This document shows positions 10,243 through 19,465 of a stretch of DNA of 64,000 bases, one piece after another (position 1 is the stretch's first letter; every line of letters starts with the position of its first letter). Source of the stretch: Acidobacteriota bacterium (lineage in GTDB: Bacteria; Acidobacteriota; UBA890; WLXD01); contig CAXWPH010000010.1 in the NCBI GenBank assembly GCA_963666055.2, positions 32,001 to 96,000 on the forward strand, given 5' to 3'. The position numbers and the translations under genes are program-made. The notes under the pieces were generated by a model. That model was not told the DNA's origin. It worked only from the letters and a program-made list of their open reading frames with translations, and ran no database searches.

Positions 10243-11274
10243 ATGAAGGTAACCTCCAGCGGCCGAACCCTTGGCGTGCGCGACCGGTTGGACAGGCCGA
10301 TGCGCGACCTGCGAATCTCGATCACCGACCGCTGCAACTTCCGCTGTCGCTATTGCATGCCCAGGGAGGTCTTCGGCGAGGGCTACCAGTTCCTGCCGCG
10401 CGAGGAGATCCTCAGCTTCGAGGAGATCACTCGCCTGGTCCACATCTTCCGCGGACTAGGCGTCCGCAAGGTGCGCCTCACGGGCGGGGAGCCACTTCTG
10501 CGCAGCGAGCTGCCAAAGCTCATTGGCATGCTGGCTGAGATCCCTGGCCTGGAGATCGCCATGACCACAAACGGCTCACTGCTGGCGCAGCAGGCGCAGG
10601 CGCTGGCAGAGGCCGGGCCTGTGCGCCTCACGGTGAGCATCGACTCGCTGGACGAAGCCGTTTTCCAAGCGATGAACGACGCAGACTTCCCTGTCTCGCG
10701 CGTGCTAGAGGGCATCGAGGCGGCCACCGCCGCGGGGCTGGGACCGCTAAAGGTCAACGCGGTCGTACGCCGCGGAGTCAACGACCACACGGTAGTGGGA
10801 CTGGCGCGGTACTTCCAGGGCAGCGGCCACATCCTGAGGTTCATCGAGTACATGGATGTTGGCAGCACCAACGGCTGGCGCATGGAGGAGGTGGTTCCCG
10901 GCGCCGAGATCATCGAGCGCATCAGTGCCGAGATGCCCCTGGAGCCGCTGGATCCGAATTACCGTGGCGAGGTAGCGAAGCGGTGGCGGCACGCTGACGG
11001 AGATGGCGAGATCGGCGTGATCACCTCCGTGACGCAGCCGTTCTGTGTTGATTGCACGCGCGCCCGGCTGTCAGCGGCGGGCGAACTCTACACTTGCCTA
11101 TTCGCTGCTGCCGGCACCGACCTTCGAACTCCGCTGCGGGACGGAACCAACGAGGAAGAGATCGGCGAACGGCTGCGCCGGCTATGGGGTGTACGCGAAG
11201 ACCGATACTCAGAGATGCGTTCCGAGGAGACGAGGGATCTTCAGCGGATCGAAATGTCCTATATCGGCGGGTAG
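10243..11274 (+). CDS. moaA: GTP 3',8-cyclase MoaA
   Basis: LRISITDRCNFRCRYCMP radical SAM motif, FCVDCTRARLS..LYTCLF, C-terminal MSYIGG. ATG 10243 chosen as start. Confidence 0.95.
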   Translation: MKVTSSGRTLGVRDRLDRPMRDLRISITDRCNFRCRYCMPREVFGEGYQFLPREEILSFEEITRLVHIFRGLGVRKVRLTGGEPLLRSELPKLIGMLAEIPGLEIAMTTNGSLLAQQAQALAEAGPVRLTVSIDSLDEAVFQAMNDADFPVSRVLEGIEAATAAGLGPLKVNAVVRRGVNDHTVVGLARYFQGSGHILRFIEYMDVGSTNGWRMEEVVPGAEIIERISAEMPLEPLDPNYRGEVAKRWRHADGDGEIGVITSVTQPFCVDCTRARLSAAGELYTCLFAAAGTDLRTPLRDGTNEEEIGERLRRLWGVREDRYSEMRSEETRDLQRIEMSYIGG

Positions 11275-11341
11275 TGGTCATGGGACCCATGATTACGGTG
11301 CGCTCATCTCGCCCGCTCTGCCGATAGGCTTTAGGTGCCGA

Positions 11342-13013
11342 TTACTCCAGTTCGAGATCGGCAACAGCGCCGCGATCGGCGCTGGAAACCAGCCGCGCGT
11401 ACTTGGCGAGAACGCCGCGCGAATAACGGGGAGCCGGCGGCTCCCAGGCGGTGCGGCGGCGCCGCAGCTCCTCCTCGTCGACCTCCAGTTGGAGCTTCCG
11501 CGCCGGCGCATCGATCGTGACCGTGTCGCCTTCGTGCACCAGCGCGATCGGCTCGCCGACGGCTGCCTCCGGCACGACGTGGCCGACCACCATGCCATAG
11601 GTGCCACCGCTGAATCGTCCATCCGTGATGAGCCCGACCGAATCTCCGAGCCCGGCACCGATGAGGGCGCTCGTTGGAGCCAGCATCTCGCGCATGCCGG
11701 GTCCACCGCGGGGGCCTTCGTAGCGAACCACGACGATGTCGCCAGCGCCGATCTCACCGGCGAGGATCGCGCTCAAGCTGTCCTCCTCGCAATCGAACAC
11801 CCGCGCCGGACCCGATAAGCGCGGGTTCTTGACGCCCGAGAGCTTCGCCACGCTGCCGCCCGGCGCCAGGTTGCCACGAAGGATCGCCAGGTGGCCGGTC
11901 GGGTAAAGGGGTTGGCCCCACGGTCGGATCACGTCCTGGTTGGAGGGTGGCACCGGCGGGACCTCTGCCAGACTCTCGGAGATGGTTGCACCCGTCACCG
12001 TGCGGCAGTCTCCATCGAGGACACCGTGCTCGAGCAGCACCTTCATGACCTGAGGCACGCCGCCGGCACGATGGAAGTCGACCGTCACATACCGACCACT
12101 GGGCTTCAGGTCGCACAGGACGGGCACCCGAGCACCGACCAGCTCGAAGTCGTCGAGGCTGAGCTCCACGCCCGTCGAATGGGCGATGGCGGGCAGGTGC
12201 AGCACCGCGTTCGTCGAACCCCCGATCGCTATGGTGACGGCCACGGCGTTCAGGAGCGCCTGGCGCGTCACGATGTCTCGCGGCAGCCGATCGGCTGCGA
12301 TGCAGTCGGCGAGGACGCGAGCCGACTCGGCCGCGCTCTCGGCCTTCTCCGCGTCCTCCGTGGCCATGGTGGACGAGTACGGGAGGCTCATCCCCATCGC
12401 CTCGATGGCGCTCGACATGGTGTTGGCTGTGAACATCCCACCACACGAGCCTGCGCCGGGGCAGGCGTTGCGCTCGATCGCCGCGAGTTCCTCGTCCGTT
12501 ATTCTGCCGGCGGCGTGCTCTCCAACCGCCTCGAACGCGCTTACCACCGTCAGGTCGCGGCCTGCGTGGTGACCTGGCTTGATGGTGCCTCCGTAGACGA
12601 ACACCGCGGGAATGTTCAGGCGCCCGATGGCCATCATGGCACCGGGCATGTTCTTGTCACACCCGCCCAGGGCGAGAACGCCGTCGAAGCTCTGGCCGTT
12701 GCATACGGTCTCGATGGAATCGGCGATGACCTCGCGCGAAACCAGCGAGTATTTCATCCCCTCGGTGCCCATCGAGATGCCGTCGGCCACGGTGATCGTC
12801 CCGAACTCGAGAGCGCGAGCGCCCGCCTCGTGTAGCGCGCTCCGAGAGCGCGCCGAGACCTATGTTGCACGGCGTCAGGTTCGAGTGGTCGTTAGCGATA
12901 CCGACGATCGGCTTGTCGAAGTCCTCGTCCTCGAATCCGACCGCACGGAGCATCGCCCGATTGGGAGCGCGCTGCACTCCTTCCGTCACGGCACTGCTAC
13001 GTCGTTTCCTCAA
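11342..13013 (-). pseudogene. ilvD: Dihydroxy-acid dehydratase, frameshifted near 12835
   Basis: N-terminus [16 protein letters not shown] lies in ORF 12657..13013; the rest ([31 protein letters not shown]) is in a different frame, ORF 11342..12790. Confidence 0.9.
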
Positions 13014-13029
13014 TGTTACCTAAGCTTAA

Positions 13030-14198
13030 GGAACCTCTGATCAATTCGGGTTCGATGGGATAATGCACGCGGATCCGATCACGCCGCCAGAGGGAGAAGG
13101 GAATGCGCCAGCAGACGCTTGCCGAAGGGTCCTTTGAGCAGTACCGGAAGGTGACCCGCCGGGAGCGGTTCCTGGCAGAGATGGATCAGGTGGTGCCGTG
13201 GGCCCAGCTGTGCGCTTTGATCGAGCCGGTGTATCCGAAGCCGAAGGGAGCGGGACGGCGCCCAGTCGGGCTGGAGAGGATGCTGCGCATCTACTTCATG
13301 CAGCAGTGGTTCAACCTGTCGGACCCGGGGGTGGAGGAGGCGCTGTACGACTCGCGGGCGATGCGTGCCTTCGTGGGGATCGATCTGGGACGGGAGCCGG
13401 CGCCGGACGAGACGACGGTGTGCAAGTTCCGGCACCTTCTGGAGACCCACGAGCTGGGCGTGCAGGTGTTCCACATCGTTGCCGAGCACCTGCAGGGGCG
13501 GGGGCTGAAGGTCAGCACGGGCACCATCGTCGACGCGACGATCATCACCGCCCCGTCATCGACCAAGAACAAGGCCAAGCAGCGGGATCCGGAGATGCGC
13601 TCGACCAAGAAGGGCAACCAATGGTACTTCGGGATGAAGGGACACTTCGGTGTGGACAGCAAATCCAAGCTCATTCACTCGGTCGTGGCCACCGCCGCCA
13701 ATGTCCATGACAGCCAGGTGCTAGAGGATCTGCTGCATGGGCAGGAGACGCGGGTGTGGGGAGACAGCGCTTATACGGGCCGACGGGAGGTCATTGTCCG
13801 GTGTGCTCCCGGTGCCAAGGACTTCACCAACAAGAAAGGGCACCGTCACCGGCCACTGACCGAGCGAGACCGAGCTCGAAACCGCACCAAGTCGAAGGTG
13901 CGGGCCAAAGTCGAGCACCCGATGCTGGTGATCAAGCGCATCTTCGGCTTCAGAAAGGTCCGATACCGAGGGCTCCACAAGAACGCGCACCGGCTCTTCG
14001 TGACCTGCGCGTTGGCCAACCTATTCATGGCACGCAAGGTGCTGCTCGCGCAAACCTGAAACAGGCACCCTGAGAGGCCGCCGTCGCGGTTGAACCCGTC
14101 GGCAGCAGCTCGGAGGGCGACTGCATTCCCACCCTTATGCCGACCAGTTCCTCCAATCAGGCTCCATCCTGACTGACGGCCAATTGATCAGACCTTCC
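13030..14198 (+). mobile_element. IS5-family insertion sequence, apparently complete (1169 bp)
   Basis: IRL GGAACCTCTGATCAATT (13030) and IRR AATTGATCAGACCTTCC (ends 14198) match at 15/17; YTAR flanks TTAA and CTAA. Confidence 0.92.
13103..14059 (+). CDS. IS5-family transposase
   Basis: TRRERFLAEM, GTIVDATII, WYFGMK, VWGDSAY, RAKVEHP. Confidence 0.95.
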   Translation: MRQQTLAEGSFEQYRKVTRRERFLAEMDQVVPWAQLCALIEPVYPKPKGAGRRPVGLERMLRIYFMQQWFNLSDPGVEEALYDSRAMRAFVGIDLGREPAPDETTVCKFRHLLETHELGVQVFHIVAEHLQGRGLKVSTGTIVDATIITAPSSTKNKAKQRDPEMRSTKKGNQWYFGMKGHFGVDSKSKLIHSVVATAANVHDSQVLEDLLHGQETRVWGDSAYTGRREVIVRCAPGAKDFTNKKGHRHRPLTERDRARNRTKSKVRAKVEHPMLVIKRIFGFRKVRYRGLHKNAHRLFVTCALANLFMARKVLLAQT

Positions 14199-14643
14199 CT
14201 AACTAGAAAAAAAAAGACATAACTAGTATTCGATTGCGCTCGCCGGGCGTTCATCCTTGCCGACCCATGTAGCCAACGCAATGGAAGCGAATCGCACACC
14301 GGCCGGCCACACGGCCAGCCCTGGCGTGCAAGCGGCCAACACGGACATGCCGTCGGTGGCATGCTCGCGGCCAAGGCTGCTCGAGTCTGTCGGGGACCCA
14401 CCGAAGAACTATGCGCCGGAGGACTTTCAGCCGTTACCCCGGGATCATCCCGAGGTTGTGGAGGTGCTTCGGTGGCTTTGGCCGATTCGGATCACGAAGC
14501 CACGTTGACGACGATCTTCCCCTTGTGGCGTGCTTCTCCGAACCGCCGGTTCGCACAACGACATCCTGGCGCTCGTGATCCGCTAAGGGATGACGCTGAC
14601 CGGGATCGCCGTTCTGATCGGCGTGCTGGGTGCGACTGAGTTT

Positions 14644-15207
14644 TCAGGCGGTATCCGCGCTACCCGGCCCTAACCGCTGAGCCACGCTCCGAGCAGCGAC
14701 GAAGGCCGCCACGGAACGATCGATATCCTCGCGTGTGGTAGCCCAAGAGCACACGCTCACGCGAATCACCGCTCGCCCTTGCCATTTGGACCCGCCACAC
14801 CAGCACTCCCCCGACGCCTGAACACCCTCCAGGGTGGCTCCCGTCTCCTGGTCGTCCGTCCCGGACGCGAGAACCTGGTTGAAGACGACGTCGTTGTGTA
14901 TCTGAAATCCCTCATCGGCCAAGCGCTGAGCGAAGTATTGCGCGTTCGCGCACAGCTGCTCTACCAAACGGGCGACGCCGCTCCGGCCCAGCGTCTTCAG
15001 GATGGCCCACAGCTCGATAGCACGAGCCCGTTGGGACATTGAGGGGGTGTACTTCATCGGGTCGCGGTGCGAGCTCCACTGAAAATACGCCGCCGTCGCA
15101 TGGAAGGCGGCGATGACGGGGCGGTCGTCCAACGCTCGGATGTACTGCTCCGAGTAGGCTCGAGCCTGGTCGAGGAGCTCCAGGTGTTCGTCGGCGGTCA
15201 GGCTCAC
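14644..15207 (-). pseudogene. Group II PLP-dependent decarboxylase with a large in-frame internal deletion
   Basis: N-terminus ..YIRALDDRPV is joined directly to C-terminal ..TPSMSQRARAIELWAILKTLGRSG..NQVL..IRVSVCSWATT; the PLP-lysine region is absent. Confidence 0.75.
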
Positions 15208-15407
15208 TTATCCATCCTTCGTGTCGCTTGTCGACGGTTCGAGTGCGCGGTGGTCGAGCCCTAGCCGGCTGATGGGAAGCGATATGTGAGGACATCTAAG
15301 CCCTATTGGCTCTCACTTGCCAGCCGCAACACGGCCACCACGCCGACCGGCGCGAGCAGCCCGAGGTCACCCTGGCTTCGTGCTCCACGCGTGCGTATCC
15401 TGCCGCC

Positions 15408-16436
15408 ATGACGCTGCAAGGAAGGGTCGCGCTCGTCGCCGGCGCCACGCGTGGAGCGGGCCGCGGCATCGCCCGGGCGCTCGGGGAGGCCGGTGCAACC
15501 GTGTACTGCACGGGCCGCAGCAGCCACGAGGGAACGGTGGATCCCAAGCGACCCGAGACCATCGAAGAGACCGCCGAGCAGGTCACCGCCGCCGGCGGGA
15601 CGGGGATCGCCGTTCGCGTCGATCACACCGAGGAGGGCGCGGTGGCGCAACTGTTCGAGCGGGTGCGCGCCGACCACGGCAAGCTCGACATCCTCATCAA
15701 CGACATCTGGGGCGGCGACCCCCTCACCGAGTGGGGCAAGACGTTCTGGGAGGTCGACGTGCAGCAAGGCTTCACGATGATGGAGCGCGCCGTTCACACG
15801 CACATCATCACGAGCCGCCACGGCGTCCCGCTCATGCTCGACGGCGACGGCGGGCTCATCGTCGAGCTCACCGACGGGGCCTTCTACGGCTACCGCGGAC
15901 AGCTCTTCTACGACCTTTGCAAGATGTCCGTCATCCGACTTGCGTACGCGATGTCCGTGGAGCTCGCCGACCACCCGATAACCGCCGTCGCCGTGACCCC
16001 GGGCTTCCTGCGCTCCGAGGCCGTGCTCGATCACTTCGGAGTCAGCGGGGAGAACTGGCGCGACGCGGTCGAAAAGGACCCCCACTTCGCACTCTCCGAG
16101 ACGCCGCTGCTCGTCGGGCGCGTGATCGCCGCGCTCGCGACGGACCCCGACGTGCACCGCCGCGCCGGCCAGGTGCTCACCTGCTGGGACCTCGCCCGGC
16201 ACTACGACGTCAAGGACGCCGATGGCAGGCAGCCTCATTGGGACGAGTACCTCGACGCCGCCGTCGACGAGATCATCGACCGTGCTTCGCCGAGCCCGGA
16301 GGACATCTTCCTGCTGACGGTGCGCAAGCCCCAGCTCGACTTCGACGATGCCCGCGCCGCGCAACGCGCCCGTATCGAGACGTTCCTGAAGCGGCACGGC
16401 GGCCCGGTCCGTCTCGATCCCGACGCGCTCGACTGA
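15408..16436 (+). CDS. SDR family oxidoreductase
   Basis: VALVAGATRGAGRGIA Rossmann motif, YDLCK (YxxxK), VTPGFLRSE. Confidence 0.9.
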   Translation: MTLQGRVALVAGATRGAGRGIARALGEAGATVYCTGRSSHEGTVDPKRPETIEETAEQVTAAGGTGIAVRVDHTEEGAVAQLFERVRADHGKLDILINDIWGGDPLTEWGKTFWEVDVQQGFTMMERAVHTHIITSRHGVPLMLDGDGGLIVELTDGAFYGYRGQLFYDLCKMSVIRLAYAMSVELADHPITAVAVTPGFLRSEAVLDHFGVSGENWRDAVEKDPHFALSETPLLVGRVIAALATDPDVHRRAGQVLTCWDLARHYDVKDADGRQPHWDEYLDAAVDEIIDRASPSPEDIFLLTVRKPQLDFDDARAAQRARIETFLKRHGGPVRLDPDALD

Positions 16437-16509
16437 GCTGTCCGCAATCTCCGCTTCCCAACGGTCAAGCGACTCCATCCCGAGGACGGCGGAACACGGC
16501 AAGCGTTGC

Positions 16510-17106
16510 TTAGCCACCCCCATAACGATGCATTGCCTCGAGGTAAGGAAGCGCAGACAGTGTTTTCGCATCAACGCATGCGCCTCGAAACGAGCGCACG
16601 AAGAGTGCGACGAGAGCCCTGACCAAGAGATTGTCCGTGCGGGTGAAGAACAGGAATGCCGCGGTTCCTCCAGGCTCTAGATGTTCGAGAGCACCCCTGA
16701 CGGTGCTTTCGGGATGTTCAAGGTGGGACAGAAGCCAGGTGCAAACGATGAAGCCGAATGATCCACCGAGGCCCGAAAGATCGGTTGAATCCCCGAGCTG
16801 CAGGGTGATGCGGTCGTCGTCTCGCGCTGCCACTCGCGCGCGATCGAGCATCGCCGAGCTGACGTCGATTCCCAGGTAGGAATGAAAGTTCGCACAACGA
16901 CGGAACAGACGTTCGATGTTGATTCCGGTCCCGGGAGCGAGCTCGAGCACTCGTGTTGCTGCGCCAATACGCTCTCCGAAAAGCGAATCGAGCTGGACCT
17001 CCGCATCTCGGCTGCTCCAGAGGGGTCGGATCGCATCGTAGATGCATGCGACACATCCGTAGAGAAAGCGGGCCCACCTGGGCTCCCAGCCGCCGTTCGG
17101 AATCAC
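16510..17106 (-). CDS. Class I SAM-dependent methyltransferase (possibly with a premature stop)
   Basis: VLELAPGTG, GIDVSSAML, LEPGG. The frame continues ATLAVFRR after TAA 16510-16512. Confidence 0.8.
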   Translation of the reverse strand: MIPNGGWEPRWARFLYGCVACIYDAIRPLWSSRDAEVQLDSLFGERIGAATRVLELAPGTGINIERLFRRCANFHSYLGIDVSSAMLDRARVAARDDDRITLQLGDSTDLSGLGGSFGFIVCTWLLSHLEHPESTVRGALEHLEPGGTAAFLFFTRTDNLLVRALVALFVRSFRGACVDAKTLSALPYLEAMHRYGGG

Positions 17107-17156
17107 TGCGTCGACTCTCTGGACACTCCCGACATTCGCTCAGTATCCGTCGCGAC

Positions 17157-17186
17157 GTCTACCCTTGCTGCGCTTCAGCTGCGAGC
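17157..17186 (-). other. Degenerate attC right half (L'-R')
   Basis: Minus strand GCTCGCAGCTGAAGCGCAGCAAG-GGTAGAC (one mismatch to GTTRRRY), upstream of the methyltransferase. Confidence 0.4.
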
Positions 17187-17211
17187 TGCGCCGAGACGAC
17201 TCACCATGGCT

Positions 17212-17586
17212 CTAGAGCTCGTACCTGAGCTCGTACCTGTGTCCGTTCGCATCCTGGGAGATGGCCATGGAGCCGGCAATTGTCGCCAAATCGCCGCTGC
17301 CTGACCCTGGAAGAATGGTGACCTCTAGCGACTGAGTGTCCTTGTTCATACGACCCTGGTGGACAAGGGTGAAGGCACCGCTTACCCCTTCAACTGAGCC
17401 GGAGAACTCCTCAATTGCGTAATAAGCAGCCGTCCCGTTGTCCGTCCTCTTGCTGATCATCTGACCGATGCTGGAACCGGTCATGTCTCCTTGGTAGCTC
17501 TTGTTCAGGATCATCCGCCCAGCAGGCGCGCAAGCATCTGCTTGCGGTTCCAGGTCTACTTCGAAGACACCCTTTGCGGACACCAC
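17212..17586 (-). CDS. DUF3224 domain protein
   Basis: AKGVFEV..KSYQGDMTGSSIGQM..AAYYAIEEFSGSVEG.SGAFTLVHQG..ILPGSGSGDLATIAG. Confidence 0.85.
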   Translation of the reverse strand: MVSAKGVFEVDLEPQADACAPAGRMILNKSYQGDMTGSSIGQMISKRTDNGTAAYYAIEEFSGSVEGVSGAFTLVHQGRMNKDTQSLEVTILPGSGSGDLATIAGSMAISQDANGHRYELRYEL

Positions 17587-17647
17587 TTCCCCTCCCTCGA
17601 GTGCGTTATGCCGGCGTTTTCCGATCGCAGCACCAGCCGGCCAGGCC

Positions 17648-17674
17648 GCGGTCAGATGCTAGCGCTTGTTGGGC
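17648..17674 (-). other. Degenerate attC left half (R''-L'')
   Basis: Minus strand GCCCAAC-AAGCGCTAGCATCTGACC just after the VOC stop codon; GCCCAAC fits RYYYAAC. Confidence 0.45.
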
Positions 17675-17683
17675 CGCGCGTGA

Positions 17684-18085
17684 TCAGCCGGTGAAGATCG
17701 AGTCGCGGCTGACAAAGCAGAGGCCGTTGCCGAACGGGTCGGCGACATAGAAGGACTCCTCGCCCCATGGACGCGTGGCGATCTCTCCGAGAGGGCCGAC
17801 TCCCGGTGGAGCGCCTTCCGAGAACCGGGCCCCCGCCTGTCGACAGGCATCGTACGTCGCGTTGAGATCCGATACCGCGAGGTAGAGGGGCTCAGAGTTC
17901 GGCTTCGCTGCGTAGCCATCGCCGTCCGCTCGGGAATCGAAGCAGGCAAGGATTGTTCCCTCGCAGTCGAAGTAGTGGCGACCTGGCGAGACCCGCTCGC
18001 CCGGAACTCCGAGAACCGACTCATAGAAACGACTGGCAGCCTCGATATCGGAAACGGGGACGAGGACTCGGTAAAGCCGTGCCAT
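17684..18085 (-). CDS. VOC/glyoxalase family protein
   Basis: VPVSDIEAASRFYESVLG, YLAVSDL, RPWGEESFYVADPFGNGLCFV. Confidence 0.9.
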   Translation of the reverse strand: MARLYRVLVPVSDIEAASRFYESVLGVPGERVSPGRHYFDCEGTILACFDSRADGDGYAAKPNSEPLYLAVSDLNATYDACRQAGARFSEGAPPGVGPLGEIATRPWGEESFYVADPFGNGLCFVSRDSIFTG

Positions 18086-18132
18086 TCGGTCTATCTCCTC
18101 TCCGACGTGTTTCAGTTGGACCGACCGATTCG

Positions 18133-18350
18133 TCAGTCGGAGTGCTTCCCGTAGGCGCTGAGCGTGGCCAAGCCGTGCAGGAGGACGCCTAGCACGACGG
18201 CCCCGATCAACCCGCTACGGGGCAGCGCGGGGGCCGATAATCTCACGACGGCGACACTCAGAGGCAGGTTCAGTAGTAGACCAGTCGCAGTACCAGGCGA
18301 ATAGCTACCCACGGCTACCGTGGCAACCGCGTGCAATACCGCATTGAGAC
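18133..18350 (-). pseudogene. HXXEE-domain membrane protein C-terminal fragment
   Basis: LNAVLHAVATV..YSPGTATGLLLNLPLS matches the N-x3-H...YSPG pattern; the N-terminus is missing. Confidence 0.55.
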
Positions 18351-18389
18351 CTATGGCCTACCGTCGATGGTGTGCTCGCAGCTAAGGCT

Positions 18390-18785
18390 GCAGAGCCTAT
18401 CGGCCGGGCTCTCTGAATTCCCCTACCAGCGTTCAGGACATGGGTCTAGATCATCGTCGTCTTGAGATGACGGTGTCCGAGCAGTTCCTGGACGGTGCGG
18501 ATGTCGTAGCCAGCCTGCAGCAGATGCGTGGCGAAGGAATGCCTGAGGGGGTGGCAGCTGGCTTTCTTGACGATTCCGGAACCTACGACAGCCTTGCGCA
18601 TCGCTCGCTGAATCACCGATTCGTGTAGATGATGACGGCGACGCTGTCCGATAACGCGGTCGGTGTAGGTTCGCGTTGCGGCGAAGACCCACTGCCATTC
18701 CCATTCTCGACTCGCGCCAGGCATCTTGGCGGAAAGGTGCCCCATACCATAGGACGTACGTTCAGCAGGCGCAGGCCAGATCCCT
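18390..18785 (-). pseudogene. intI: Integron integrase IntI remnant
   Basis: Box I GSGLRLL (18761-18783) is deleted onto the IntI-specific patch [29 protein letters not shown], followed by [33 protein letters not shown]. Confidence 0.85.
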
Positions 18786-18813
18786 CGGATCACCCCACGT
18801 CGAGTCGAGGCGC

Positions 18814-19170
18814 TCAGCCGCCGTACGGCAGCGACAGCACGAGACGGAGGCCTGCATCGATTTCTGCTAGAACGGCGTCGGACAGTCTGCCCACGCGCTC
18901 GGTCAAGAACCGTCGATCGACGGTCAGGATCTGGGCAACGTTGACGACGGATGGCTTCGCGAGCCTCACCTGACGAGCCGTCAGGCGGACGTTGCCCGGA
19001 GCGTCGCTCAGACTGAGGTTCGAGGTGATCGCCGCGACGACCACTGTGCGGATGCTGCTTCGGTTGTACGCCTCCGACTGTACGACGAGGACGGGACGCC
19101 GAGAGCCAGGACCGGAACCGCGTGGATCTCCCAGGCTCGCCCACCAGATCTCGCCCCGGCGGATCACCAT
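18814..19170 (-). CDS. mazF: MazF/PemK toxin
   Basis: [46 protein letters not shown]. Confidence 0.93.
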   Translation of the reverse strand: MVIRRGEIWWASLGDPRGSGPGSRRPVLVVQSEAYNRSSIRTVVVAAITSNLSLSDAPGNVRLTARQVRLAKPSVVNVAQILTVDRRFLTERVGRLSDAVLAEIDAGLRLVLSLPYGG

Positions 19171-19406
19171 TCCTCATCAGGCAGGCTAAAGCGCTGCAGC
19201 TCGGCAAGGACGGGATCGAGTGGTGACCCGTCGGGATGGTCGGCGTAAACGGCGTCGAGTGCCTCGGTGACGGAACGGACATCGTGCTCGTCGAGGAACT
19301 CGCGCAGCGCTCTCCGGTACAGCTCACTACGACTCATGCCCAGGCGCTCCGCCGCCTGCTCGGCGGCGGCAAACAGCTCATCGGGGATGGAGATCGCCGT
19401 TTTCAT
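19164..19406 (-). CDS. RHH antitoxin (MazE-like)
   Basis: [34 protein letters not shown]; overlaps the toxin start. Confidence 0.88.
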   Translation of the reverse strand: MKTAISIPDELFAAAEQAAERLGMSRSELYRRALREFLDEHDVRSVTEALDAVYADHPDGSPLDPVLAELQRFSLPDEEW

Positions 19407-19414
19407 GCATGTGA

Positions 19415-19432
19415 GTATAACTATAGTTATAC
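19415..19432. promoter_or_regulatory. Perfect 18-bp palindromic operator overlapping the -10 box of the TA promoter
   Basis: GTATAACTATAGTTATAC is its own reverse complement; minus-strand TATACT lies 7 nt before the antitoxin ATG. Confidence 0.8.
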
Positions 19433-19465
19433 CGACGATCCAGACCTGAACCGGTGGTGCGCCGC

